From sequence record NC_048182.1: a stretch of 64,000 bases of DNA. One strand, written 5' to 3'. This document shows positions 10,177 through 19,774 of the stretch, piece by piece; position 1 is the first letter of the stretch; each line of letters begins with the position of its first letter. A program made the position numbers and the translations under genes. Below the pieces are notes generated by a model that was not told the DNA's origin, did no database searches, and saw only the letters and a program-made list of their open reading frames with translations.

Positions 10177-10499
10177 CCAGATTAGAAAAGTTAACTCATA
10201 CCGCCATATCAGCAGATGTATACTACTCTTTATCAAGAGAAGCACAACTCGCTGTAAACGCCTTTATTGATTTGGGTGGTAAAGGGTGGGAGACTGCATT
10301 AGAAATGCAGGATCAGCTCTGGGAGACTCAGAGAGGGCGTTCTATTGGTCATCTGCGTTGGGCTTTAGAACTGGCTAAGATCGATGAATCAACCCTCCTG
10401 GTTTGGACCCGCAAATATAATACTAATGAGAAAGTGATATGTCAAGAGAAACCGAAGTTCTCAATAACGAAGGTTCTGAAGAACATCTTATCGAAGTAG
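10164..10499 (+). CDS. hypothetical protein (paralog of 9799..10176)
   Basis: 111 aa, SD GGAGG. Confidence 0.75.
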   Translation: MPIVTRLEKLTHTAISADVYYSLSREAQLAVNAFIDLGGKGWETALEMQDQLWETQRGRSIGHLRWALELAKIDESTLLVWTRKYNTNEKVICQEKPKFSITKVLKNILSK

Positions 10500-10813
10500 A
10501 AGAAGCTCAATGGGAAACCAACTGCGTTGAGGGCTCTCGTAAGTTCAGAGCCTTTATAATTGAGCTAGCAGGCGGACTTGCAGATACCGGCCTAATAGAA
10601 ACCCAATTTAACGACATGTTGTTTGTATATAAAACGCATATCACTAATGGGGTAAGTGTTGAAGAAACAATGCGGCATATCTATGATGGATATGAAGGTG
10701 ATGAGCTCCTTCCACTTGAACGTAAAGATATCGATAAGTTATTTATTCTTTACTTCGAATCTATAGGGTTTAATCCCAACGTCTGGATAAAAAGTAGTTC
10801 AGATTTCAGTTGA
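10439..10813 (+). CDS. hypothetical acidic protein
   Basis: 124 aa ORF overlapping the previous gene. Confidence 0.6.
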   Translation: MSRETEVLNNEGSEEHLIEVEEAQWETNCVEGSRKFRAFIIELAGGLADTGLIETQFNDMLFVYKTHITNGVSVEETMRHIYDGYEGDELLPLERKDIDKLFILYFESIGFNPNVWIKSSSDFS

Positions 10814-10822
10814 AAAGAAAGT

Positions 10823-10836
10823 CAGACCTATATTAC
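10823..10836 (+). promoter_or_regulatory. putative early phage promoter
   Basis: CAGACCTATATTAC contains the exact phiKZ early motif TATATTAC (10829..10836) and resembles CAGACCGATATTATC at 40109. Confidence 0.6.
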
Positions 10837-10911
10837 TAAAGTGTATAGAAGAACAAGTATTTTCTATAGTAAACAATAACCCTTAAATCACATAGTTAAA
10901 AGGAATATATC

Positions 10912-11493
10912 ATGTCTAACAAAAACAACTCTCAGAACCACGCTAACAACGGCAACAACAATGGCGCTGAAGTTAAAGTTGATCACATTGCTCCAGCAGT
11001 AGCTGCTGGCGTTGAAGTTATTGAAGCAGCACCGGAGAACAATGGCATGAACGTTGATGAAAAAGCAGCAGCAGCAGTATTGGCTGCAACAGCAACTGAA
11101 TCTGTAAACCTGGGTTGGAAAGATATCGGCGTTGGCTCAGTACTGGGTGGCTTCGCTACTTTCGCTCGTCGTACCGCAACCAAACTGATGGTTGAAGGTT
11201 ACAATGAAACCACTGGCGATACTATCGAATCTGATAGCTGGGGTTCAATCGCTGCACACACTGCGGCATCTGCGGTAGCTACCGGCGCAATCGTTGGTGT
11301 TCTTCAGAAGACTGTAATGAAAGATATGCACCCGATCAAACAGGGCGGTATCGTAATCGTAACTTCTCAGGCTGTTAACCTGATCGACGCAATCGTTGGT
11401 GATATGGCTGCCAATGCAATCGTCGGCGGTAAAGCTAAGCTGACTGATATGTTCAGCAAAGAAGAACCAGTCGTTGTAGCTGAAGAAGCATAA
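10912..11493 (+). CDS. hypothetical Ala/Gly-rich, probably membrane-associated protein
   Basis: 193 aa with an Asn-rich N-terminus, several Gly/Ala/Val-rich helices and high-expression codon bias. Forms its own promoter-to-terminator unit. Confidence 0.8.
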   Translation: MSNKNNSQNHANNGNNNGAEVKVDHIAPAVAAGVEVIEAAPENNGMNVDEKAAAAVLAATATESVNLGWKDIGVGSVLGGFATFARRTATKLMVEGYNETTGDTIESDSWGSIAAHTAASAVATGAIVGVLQKTVMKDMHPIKQGGIVIVTSQAVNLIDAIVGDMAANAIVGGKAKLTDMFSKEEPVVVAEEA

Positions 11494-11500
11494 CAGCATA

Positions 11501-11532
11501 AACTCCTACTACCCATTTGGGTAGTAGGAGTT
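11501..11532. terminator. bidirectional terminator
   Basis: Perfect 14-bp stem AACTCCTACTACCC-ATTT-GGGTAGTAGGAGTT between convergent genes, with a T-run nearby. Confidence 0.85.
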
Positions 11533-11558
11533 ATACTTAATTACTTATTTTTTTTTGT

Positions 11559-14483
11559 TTAGTCAGACCAAAGGTCGTCAGCTTTATTACTTGGTTCAGT
11601 ACCAGCTTCTGTAGCCTGCTGCTCTAACTGTTGCTCTTCAGAAGTTTTTGTTTCAACTTCTTCTTGAGGGTTCTCTTCCTGAGGAACTTCCTCTTGAGGG
11701 ACTTCTTCCTGTGGAACTTCTCCACCTTCTACCTGAGGTTCAGGGAGATTGTCGATATTGAATTCATCATTACCAGGCTGTACTTCACCAGGTTCTTCAG
11801 GAGTATCCAATCCTTCTTCTTTATCGACTTTAGCTTTAAGACGTTCCAACATGCTACGGTTTTTCTTGGTGCCTTTCAACCATTCTGTTAAGAAGCGCAG
11901 AACGTTGTTTTCCAAGTCAGCCGCATGATTAACCATGTTCAGAATACCACCATTAGAACCATCGTTAAGGATAGATTCAAATGGCATTGGTAAGTTGAAA
12001 CGTTGGAATGCTTCATTCAGGATAACGGCTTTGATAGACCCAATTACAGAATCGGCATCCATACCTGCATCGGTAGCACGTTTCTTAAGCATGTCAGCAC
12101 CACCACCCAGATCCAACCAGTTGGAAACCAGTTTCTCAATGGTAGCCAGTTTGTCATCCAGTTTGTTCAGGGAGTCGGTAATGGCAGGAGTTGGTAAGGT
12201 AACAAAGAACGTGTTCAAGAAATCAGTCAGGACAACTTTAATCATGTCCATTTCTTCTGGAGTAACATCGTCATCGTTGGACTCTGCAGCCAGTTTCTCT
12301 TTCAGTTCTTCATCAATTTCCAACTCGCCGCTTTGGTCAGGTTTCATGTACAGCTTCTTGTTCTCTTTGATGGTGTCAATCAGTTCACCAATCAAAGGTT
12401 CATTAACACGCATGTATTTGCGCATGGTGTCAGTGAAGAAACGAGAGAACGTACGTGAGTAGTCGTTAGTCTGGTTACGGAGAAGCTCTTGCTCAGCCAA
12501 AGCTTCAACAGCAAAGTCGTTACCTTCACCCGTATCATCCATCCAACTACGTTTCAGACCAAACATCCCGGAGATGGTATTCAGTAACCCTTCACGTGTA
12601 TCACGGTCAATAGACTTAAGTGGTTCACGGTTCATCTGTTGCGCATCAATTTGAGGAGCAACCATGTTAGGGTTATCGCCTGGGTTAACTTTAACGGTCA
12701 ACGTTTGTTCTTTGAAGCGATCGAGAACCGCATCAATAGAGACGTTGTTATAACCTAAGATATCGTGTAAGGTTGGGTTATTCGCAAAGTACTCATCACG
12801 AACCATGGCCACCGTATTACGAATATCAAAGTCTTCCGTTTCAGGATCGATTGTCATCAAGGTATGAGAGATAGAGTTCTCAACCTGAGCCAATGCATCA
12901 GCAGTATCCAACACAGCCAGACGAGTGATGTGAAGTTTAGCTTCATCAATCAAAGAACGACCAACACCTAACTTAGAGAAGTCCAGCGCAATATAAGTAA
13001 CGTATTCAGCTGGAACAAAGATAGCACGGACACCCTGGTCACGTAATGCACGAGACATATAAAGTTTCTTGTTCTCTTCAGTCAGAGAAATCGTAACATC
13101 TTTCTTAAGGTCACCATTCAGTAACCCTTCGATAAACTCTTTCTCTAAGTTGGCAGAAGCTAACTCGACCATCCACCCCATGTCATGTTCGCATTCACCA
13201 CCTGCAGCAACTTGACGAATATGGCTGATGATGTCATTCATCGATCCCGTCATTGGACGTTGATCAACTTCACCTGCACCTTTGCTTTTCTGATAGAACT
13301 TAACATCAGAAGTATTCTTCAAAGGTTCGCCAGTTTCAGGGTCAGTCAGAAGAATGTGTCCAAATGGTTTACCTACTTCACCGTTTAAACAAACGTTGAT
13401 GATGGCTTCAGATGGCCAGTGATAAGTAATACCGATACCACGACCATTCCCACTGTAGAACTTCCCTTTACGGACAGTTAAAGTTTCGTTCTGATCATAG
13501 TTACGATCAGGGTACATTCCTTTAATGTCTTCTTCTAACGTTTCTTTACTAACAATGTTCAAATGGTTCTTGTTAGTTTTCTTACGACCCTTGGTCTGAG
13601 TAAAGCGATTGTTGATCCAGTTATCCAGAGATTCATTACCAGACATCTGACGAAGACGATCTTCACGAAGCTTCTGAGCTAACTCACCAGCTTTAATAAC
13701 CATCGGGTTATCAGTGAACGTCCATTTCAGAGATGGATCAACCAGGTTGTATTCTGGTTCACGAGGACCACTGGTATACAGTGATTCAAACCCAACAAAA
13801 CTACCGGCGTTAGCATTACGTGTTTTACGAATGTAGCCCAGGTTAAGTGCTTTGCTCCAGTCACCACCAACAAAGTGTTTTTGTAACACAGTTTCGGTGA
13901 TGCTTCTAAATGCTTCGGTGCCTGCTACTGATGCATTCTTATTCTTAGGATCATTCTTATCTAGCGGGACTTCCATGCCATTAATAAGGTGATCAAGAAC
14001 AGAGTGAGACAGGTGTACTAAAGCGTATGAACCGGTACGGAACATCACATCTTTAATAATTTGAGGGATGATCTCTTCAAAGGGGTATTTTGTTGTAAAG
14101 TGGTTTTTAACCACAGTCAACAAAAGCTCATGTAACTTAGCATTTTTGATGTCGGATTGCTGACTATCATAAATGAGAAGATCAGGCTGGTCACCGTTAG
14201 GTTTCAGCAGAAGAGTCGTCCAAATTTGTTCAGCGCGTTTGATGTAGTGAGTAATGGTACGCAGGTCATTAGTTGCCTGGATGTTATTACTGATTATATC
14301 TGACAGGCTTTTAACTTTAGCGATAGGGGGCTTGATCTTTTCTTCTGCGTCTTTATCGTTACGGATATTAGTATCTTTTACAAGAAGAGAACGCAGACCT
14401 TGATCAAGAGGACTGGCATTCTTTAGCCTCCCCCTGATTCCGGTTCGGTCTACAGGTTTATAGCCGTTGGCTAACTTGGACAT
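11559..14483 (-). CDS. portal protein (phiKZ gp129/SPN3US gp81-like)
   Basis: 974 aa. Size, orientation and position (divergent from the baseplate-type gene, a few genes after the capsid and nvRNAP genes) fit the family. It has N-terminal G-x-E sites and an acidic C-terminal tail. Confidence 0.65.
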   Translation of the reverse strand: MSKLANGYKPVDRTGIRGRLKNASPLDQGLRSLLVKDTNIRNDKDAEEKIKPPIAKVKSLSDIISNNIQATNDLRTITHYIKRAEQIWTTLLLKPNGDQPDLLIYDSQQSDIKNAKLHELLLTVVKNHFTTKYPFEEIIPQIIKDVMFRTGSYALVHLSHSVLDHLINGMEVPLDKNDPKNKNASVAGTEAFRSITETVLQKHFVGGDWSKALNLGYIRKTRNANAGSFVGFESLYTSGPREPEYNLVDPSLKWTFTDNPMVIKAGELAQKLREDRLRQMSGNESLDNWINNRFTQTKGRKKTNKNHLNIVSKETLEEDIKGMYPDRNYDQNETLTVRKGKFYSGNGRGIGITYHWPSEAIINVCLNGEVGKPFGHILLTDPETGEPLKNTSDVKFYQKSKGAGEVDQRPMTGSMNDIISHIRQVAAGGECEHDMGWMVELASANLEKEFIEGLLNGDLKKDVTISLTEENKKLYMSRALRDQGVRAIFVPAEYVTYIALDFSKLGVGRSLIDEAKLHITRLAVLDTADALAQVENSISHTLMTIDPETEDFDIRNTVAMVRDEYFANNPTLHDILGYNNVSIDAVLDRFKEQTLTVKVNPGDNPNMVAPQIDAQQMNREPLKSIDRDTREGLLNTISGMFGLKRSWMDDTGEGNDFAVEALAEQELLRNQTNDYSRTFSRFFTDTMRKYMRVNEPLIGELIDTIKENKKLYMKPDQSGELEIDEELKEKLAAESNDDDVTPEEMDMIKVVLTDFLNTFFVTLPTPAITDSLNKLDDKLATIEKLVSNWLDLGGGADMLKKRATDAGMDADSVIGSIKAVILNEAFQRFNLPMPFESILNDGSNGGILNMVNHAADLENNVLRFLTEWLKGTKKNRSMLERLKAKVDKEEGLDTPEEPGEVQPGNDEFNIDNLPEPQVEGGEVPQEEVPQEEVPQEENPQEEVETKTSEEQQLEQQATEAGTEPSNKADDLWSD
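11652..11720 (-). repeat. 15-nt / 5-aa tandem repeat (EVPQE)x3-ENPQE in the C-terminal tail
   Basis: EVPQEEVPQEEVPQEENPQEEVE read from the translation. Confidence 0.85.
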
Positions 14484-14510
14484 TAATGTGGATCTCCTTA
14501 AGGAACCGAT

Positions 14511-16643
14511 ATGCTTAATAATGTTGAGTTCAAGGCTTACATTTTAAACACGATCTCGTTCGCAAGAACTATTGTTATAAAATGCGAAACTTTGGCGACA
14601 ATGGATAACCGGTTGATGGAACAACACTTCGGTATCCCAACACCTACCGACAAAGCACAATGGCGTTATTACCTCAACCTGAATGGACAATACCATTCCA
14701 CGGATGTGTTGATGCAAGTGCAGTCTCTGGATAATGGTGACACAATAGACTTCACAAAAGCTAACTTGGATTTGCATCCTGCAACCAAACGAGCTTATCG
14801 TGAAGGCTCTTATCACTATACGAGGCTAGTCGAAAAATACCCAGGCCAGTCAAATCTTATTAGTGGGATCATAAACCCAATTCCGCAATCGGAATCGATC
14901 CCAGCAAAGGATTATTCTATCCTGCGTTATAACGTTGACTATGTGAAGTGGAACGAGTACCAACTTATTCCTGCTTTGCAAGAACATATTAACCAAATGG
15001 TGTTGGGTTCGTTCAAGACAGAATATCTTTATACCGACAACTTAATGATGCCAGCATTGCTTGCAAACCTGTATGGGTCATTAATCTCAGCCATCTTGTC
15101 TATCCGTAAACAGGCTGATGGTACTCGGTATGCTCATGACTTTTATATTTGGTCACGACTCCAATCATTAGGATTATCAAGCGTTTATAAAAACGTCCTT
15201 GATAGAAATCAAACGATGTGGTTGTATCGTAACTTGAAAAAGGTATTAAGGAAACTTGGTCGGCGAATATCGTTCGATGAAGTACTTGATGTCGTTTTGA
15301 CTAGTCGCAAGATCCCTATCTCTCGTTATCAAGTTATTCAGACAACGGAAGATATGATCGATACCCTCAAACCTTCTCCACGTTTATTCAGCCAACCAAT
15401 TAACTTGATTAAAGAATTTGGCATGGATACTCGTGTCTGGACTGTTCCAGAAGTTATCAAGAAAGAGATCCCTCTTGCTTTGGATAACGTTGATGAAGAA
15501 CCTTGGGGTATTGCTGACACAAGTTATGCGATCACCTATGGTCTCCATGGTGCTGCACCTTCTAAGGTGTTAGAATCCACCATGACGGATACCACTGATC
15601 GTAACCCGGATAGTATCATGAAGGTTCTCCACAACATGTGGATCTACCTGACGTGGCAACAGTTGTATTCCATTAACCTTGATGTTTCAGATGTTAGAAC
15701 AGGTAAACACTTCCGATTAAACATGAAACAAGCTGTAGTGCTTTGGCATTACTTAATAGACCGCGCTCGCGGTATTTCTCGTCCTGATAAGATCCCAGAG
15801 TTTAACTACTGGGGTGTTAAGAAGATCATCCCACCAACTTGGGAAGAACTTCGTTTATTAGGTCACAAAGAAATCTTGACGGAAGAAGTCTGTAAAGACA
15901 TTCTGAAAATCGATGTTCAATTCCCTACATTGATTTCTCCTGATGCTTTCTATCAGAAAGGCTTTGAAGTTGCTGACGCTAAATGGAAGCACAAGAAGCT
16001 TTACTCTGCCCATACCAACCTCTTCCATGCATCACGTCGTCAGAACGCCTGTGACGCTCTGTATGAGAATGGATTGGCTAAGCTGACCGATATTGAGACT
16101 TATGATAAGTTCTTGCTCTCGGTCGATCTAGAGCTTTGGGATTATACCCCTGATGAGTGTTTAGATTTAGCTTGGGCTATTTGGGAAAAAGCAACAGGCT
16201 GGGAGTTTAATAACTCCATTAGTGTCGGGGAACAACAACGTCTTCTGATTAACCTGATGAAAGATCTCACCAGTTATACCGTTCAGTATATCGGGTCTAC
16301 CGAAACGCTGTCGGGGCAATATAACTTACCTTATATGATGTTGGTCGATGGCGACAAATATGATAAGGATGGTGAAACAGCATTGGTCTCTGACAACCCA
16401 GGTATTATCATTCCAGCTCATGGACGTGGTATCCCTGAAGCAGAGTCTCACGCTAAAGAACTTTCTGGTAGCATCTCCGGTGAGAAATGGGGACGCGGTT
16501 ATGCAGAGTCGATTGGTTGTGGTCGTATCTATTACAACATGTGCATCTCACAGATTGATTCTCCTCCGGTAGTTTCGATGAACCACATCAGTAACTTCAT
16601 GACATTAAAAGAAGCCAAACCTGATGAACCGATTACTCCGTGA
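14511..16643 (+). CDS. virion structural protein (probable baseplate component, phiKZ gp128-like)
   Basis: 710 aa with the N-terminal motif WRYYLNLNGQYH, which I recall from phiKZ-like virion proteins. Divergent from the portal gene. Confidence 0.6.
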   Translation: MLNNVEFKAYILNTISFARTIVIKCETLATMDNRLMEQHFGIPTPTDKAQWRYYLNLNGQYHSTDVLMQVQSLDNGDTIDFTKANLDLHPATKRAYREGSYHYTRLVEKYPGQSNLISGIINPIPQSESIPAKDYSILRYNVDYVKWNEYQLIPALQEHINQMVLGSFKTEYLYTDNLMMPALLANLYGSLISAILSIRKQADGTRYAHDFYIWSRLQSLGLSSVYKNVLDRNQTMWLYRNLKKVLRKLGRRISFDEVLDVVLTSRKIPISRYQVIQTTEDMIDTLKPSPRLFSQPINLIKEFGMDTRVWTVPEVIKKEIPLALDNVDEEPWGIADTSYAITYGLHGAAPSKVLESTMTDTTDRNPDSIMKVLHNMWIYLTWQQLYSINLDVSDVRTGKHFRLNMKQAVVLWHYLIDRARGISRPDKIPEFNYWGVKKIIPPTWEELRLLGHKEILTEEVCKDILKIDVQFPTLISPDAFYQKGFEVADAKWKHKKLYSAHTNLFHASRRQNACDALYENGLAKLTDIETYDKFLLSVDLELWDYTPDECLDLAWAIWEKATGWEFNNSISVGEQQRLLINLMKDLTSYTVQYIGSTETLSGQYNLPYMMLVDGDKYDKDGETALVSDNPGIIIPAHGRGIPEAESHAKELSGSISGEKWGRGYAESIGCGRIYYNMCISQIDSPPVVSMNHISNFMTLKEAKPDEPITP

Positions 16644-16944
16644 ATATGAGGGCGAGAAAGTTGACGTGCTTATCAACAATGAAACTAAACTTTTGTTGTT
16701 GGTGTCGGCACGTCATGTCGAATATGAAAAGACGGTTGCTGGTTATCTTATCAACAATAAGAACCTCAAAACTAGTAATACATCTCTTCGTCCTTCTGAT
16801 GTTGTCGAGATGGTAAACCCCTGGGTTAACCTTTACACTACCGATATCAAAGAGATAGAAAAACGTGATGATCATTACGTTATTCATATCCATCCCCATT
16901 GTTTGGTCTACACTGGGACATTCCAAATTACAATCGCTAAGTAA
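16624..16944 (+). CDS. hypothetical protein
   Basis: 106 aa, overlapping the previous stop, within the operon. Confidence 0.65.
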   Translation: MNRLLREYEGEKVDVLINNETKLLLLVSARHVEYEKTVAGYLINNKNLKTSNTSLRPSDVVEMVNPWVNLYTTDIKEIEKRDDHYVIHIHPHCLVYTGTFQITIAK

Positions 16945-16956
16945 GGTATTTAAGAA

Positions 16957-17877
16957 ATGGCAGATTCAACCGCGGGTCGTGATGCCCAGAAACTTCCTAA
17001 CCAGTTAGTCTCCCCAACTGGTATGGGTCTTATTATCAACGCTGCAGTATCAACCGGTCGTACTGTAGATATTCAAGAGAACACCACTCTGAACCAGCAT
17101 TACGATATCCTGAAAGATGAGTCCATCGGTCGTAAGAACGGTAAAGACTTTACCCTGGGTTATTACGGTATTGGTATTGGTGGTTCTCGTTCTATCGGTA
17201 CTGACAGTAACGGTTTGGAAGGTCGTCGTGTTTATCAGCACAAAGCTGTTGACTTCAATGGCTTCTATCCGATCCCGTTTATTATCCGTGAACTGGGTGA
17301 TGACCTGGATCCAGTAACCCGTGACAAGTACCGTATGCGTGTGGTTCGTAAAATCGGCGACACCATGTACGTCATGTATTACCTGAAAGGCATTGGATTC
17401 GACGAATTCGATCCAACCATGAAAGTGGGTGAACGTGATCCAGCAACAGGTAACGAAACCGAACGTCCGTACATTCCTCGTGAAGAAGATCTCCAACCTA
17501 AGCCATACGAACTGGTGAACGTGAACTCTGTACCGATCACTAACCAGTACATCAACGGCACTGGTAAAATGGATCTTTCCCTGGACAGCAATGACCTGGA
17601 AGAAATTCGTAACGTTTGCCGTATTCTGTTTAACGACAGCTCTAAAGCTGCGATTAACGAAATGTACCTGGCTTATGGTATTGAAACTACCCACCAGGGC
17701 GAAACCACTACCGGTGTGACCTTCCCGTATAAAGAGCTGATCTCTGCTGCGGTATCTTTCCACATCACTGAAGCTTATGCTCGTGATGCTAACGCTAACA
17801 GCAAAATGCCATGGTTCTTCTGGTACGGTAACAGCTTGCCGCTGTTGGTTGCTCCTGAATCAATTGGTGTTGCATAA
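16957..17877 (+). CDS. virion structural protein (probable baseplate/tail)
   Basis: 306 aa with strong codon bias, in the structural operon. Confidence 0.6.
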   Translation: MADSTAGRDAQKLPNQLVSPTGMGLIINAAVSTGRTVDIQENTTLNQHYDILKDESIGRKNGKDFTLGYYGIGIGGSRSIGTDSNGLEGRRVYQHKAVDFNGFYPIPFIIRELGDDLDPVTRDKYRMRVVRKIGDTMYVMYYLKGIGFDEFDPTMKVGERDPATGNETERPYIPREEDLQPKPYELVNVNSVPITNQYINGTGKMDLSLDSNDLEEIRNVCRILFNDSSKAAINEMYLAYGIETTHQGETTTGVTFPYKELISAAVSFHITEAYARDANANSKMPWFFWYGNSLPLLVAPESIGVA

Positions 17878-17892
17878 TAAACGAGGAAGGCA

Positions 17893-18513
17893 ATGGACGA
17901 TACCCAGACCCTTCCAGCAAAAGAACCGTTACAGATTTCATTAACTAAAAGGTCGACCGTCAGGTCGGCCCTTATTACGGCTAATGAACTGTATAACCTG
18001 AACGCCACTCCAACTGACTATGAAGATCGTATTACCTACAAAGATGCAAACGGCGATCTGTCTTTGGATGTTGTCTCTGTTCATACTGGGGAACTTTGCT
18101 GGATTTTAAAAGACCGTTATACAACGGCTTCCAAATCTACTAATTACATGCAACTCGAGCATCCAAAGGACTTTGGAGCTGAAGAAGTTGTAAATAACTT
18201 TTCTATTATTATTGGGACCGAAGGGGAATTGGATTTCCTTAAAGGACTTCCGTTGAATGAACCCAACGAGAGTAACCCATTTAACTTCGTGGCCAGAATG
18301 TTGGCAGATTTGCTTAATGTTTACGGAGTCGGTGATGGGTGGAGTACTCGACCTAATACCGGATTAACTACTGCATACTTCGTACTTCGGTACATTGGAC
18401 CTGGGGCTGATGCTCCAGAAGTATATAACTTTAACCGCAACACAAAGTGCCTTGCTGTGGTGGAGTTAATGATGTATGGGGAATATAAAACCCATGCTCT
18501 AGTAGTGGGATAG
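17893..18513 (+). CDS. hypothetical protein (possibly virion)
   Basis: 206 aa, SD GAGGA. Confidence 0.7.
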   Translation: MDDTQTLPAKEPLQISLTKRSTVRSALITANELYNLNATPTDYEDRITYKDANGDLSLDVVSVHTGELCWILKDRYTTASKSTNYMQLEHPKDFGAEEVVNNFSIIIGTEGELDFLKGLPLNEPNESNPFNFVARMLADLLNVYGVGDGWSTRPNTGLTTAYFVLRYIGPGADAPEVYNFNRNTKCLAVVELMMYGEYKTHALVVG

Positions 18514-18518
18514 CTGTT

Positions 18519-19094
18519 ATGAGTGTACGCGTATTGGGGATTGACCCCGGCATTACTAACCTCGGTGCTGCGGCTTTTGAAGTGGACCCATATGAACAAA
18601 AGCCTTTTAAGCTTGTTTACGCGGATACACTCCAAGGTGAGTACAACGAGTTTGGTGTAAGTAAGCAAAACCCTACACAGGTACGTGCTTTAGGGTTGCA
18701 CCGAGCTTACAGTCATATCTTTGAATTGGTGGAACCTCATGTCGTTAGCTGTGAAGATAACTTCTTAGGCCCATCTGCGCAAAGCTTCAAACGACTGATC
18801 GAGATCGTTTCTTTCTTGCACCTGCATAACTCTTTAACGGGTGACCGTGTTGGATTTATTCAGGTATTGCCAAGATTGGCCAAACAGATTGTGGGTGCGG
18901 ACTTCAAAGGAACAACTAAGGACGACGTAACAAAGGGACTGAAAGGTTGCAAGTTCATTGATCTGAATGGCTTCGATCTCGACAAGTTGACTGAACACGC
19001 GAATGACGCAATCCTTCTTGGCCTTTATACCTGTGTGCAGTATTATAAAGACTTAGGATGGGACGTTAATAATGGAAATACCAAATCAAGTTGA
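18519..19094 (+). CDS. ruvC: RuvC-like Holliday junction resolvase
   Basis: N-terminal RVLGIDPGITNLG, central VVSCEDNF, AKQIVG, and C-terminal HANDAILLG give the RNase H-fold D/E/D catalytic set. Confidence 0.88.
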   Translation: MSVRVLGIDPGITNLGAAAFEVDPYEQKPFKLVYADTLQGEYNEFGVSKQNPTQVRALGLHRAYSHIFELVEPHVVSCEDNFLGPSAQSFKRLIEIVSFLHLHNSLTGDRVGFIQVLPRLAKQIVGADFKGTTKDDVTKGLKGCKFIDLNGFDLDKLTEHANDAILLGLYTCVQYYKDLGWDVNNGNTKSS

Positions 19095-19722
19095 ATGTAC
19101 TCGCGTAGACAAACTGTTTGACAAAGCTGCTATATTCTTAAGGAATATCTCTGGCTTTAGTTCATGCATGTCTGTCTGCGTGATCAGCATGATATTTGTT
19201 TGGTCGGTTCATATTGGAGTCAGTCAATATCATCGGGGTTACCCTGGGTTATTTGCAATGACTATCATGATCATTGGACCGATCATCATGGCGTGGAATT
19301 TCAACAATGCCAAATCCATCATCTCTACCATCCTCATTAGTGTCGATGGTGATACAGCTGATGTGGAACAAACCAAAGTAACCATTCCTAAAGCCGCTCC
19401 TATTATTACAGAAGAAGACATCGCTATTGAGCGAGGTGTAGTAGGGCGCTTAGGTATTGCTTTGCGCTATTTTGCGGGATGTGTTTCTACACACGTTATT
19501 TGCGCTTGCAGTTTGTTGTTCACCTGGACAATTCATTTAGCATATGCTAATGGTGGAACTCTTCCATCTAACTCTGAATTGTTTATGGTTGTTATTGGTC
19601 CGATTGTTACATCATGGAACTTTGTTAGAGCAACGGCTACTTTGAATACTGTTATTCAAGGTGCAGGTCAGCTTGACAAATGGCGATCTAAGTTGTCTGG
19701 TTGGATAGCTCCAAACAAATAA
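19072..19722 (+). CDS. multi-pass membrane protein with internal duplication (holin candidate)
   Basis: 216 aa with four hydrophobic segments in two homologous halves (IIGPIIMAWNF / VIGPIVTSWNF). Convergent with the spanin-like pair. Confidence 0.55.
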   Translation: MEIPNQVECTRVDKLFDKAAIFLRNISGFSSCMSVCVISMIFVWSVHIGVSQYHRGYPGLFAMTIMIIGPIIMAWNFNNAKSIISTILISVDGDTADVEQTKVTIPKAAPIITEEDIAIERGVVGRLGIALRYFAGCVSTHVICACSLLFTWTIHLAYANGGTLPSNSELFMVVIGPIVTSWNFVRATATLNTVIQGAGQLDKWRSKLSGWIAPNK

Positions 19723-19731
19723 CAAGCACAT

Positions 19732-19768
19732 CCCCTACCCTTCCTTTCGGAGGGGTAGGGGTTATGTT
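19732..19768. terminator. bidirectional terminator (36-bp identical copy at 35284)
   Basis: CCCCTACCCTTCC-TTTC-GGAGGGGTAGGGG between convergent genes. Confidence 0.85.
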
Positions 19769-19774
19769 GTGTTT

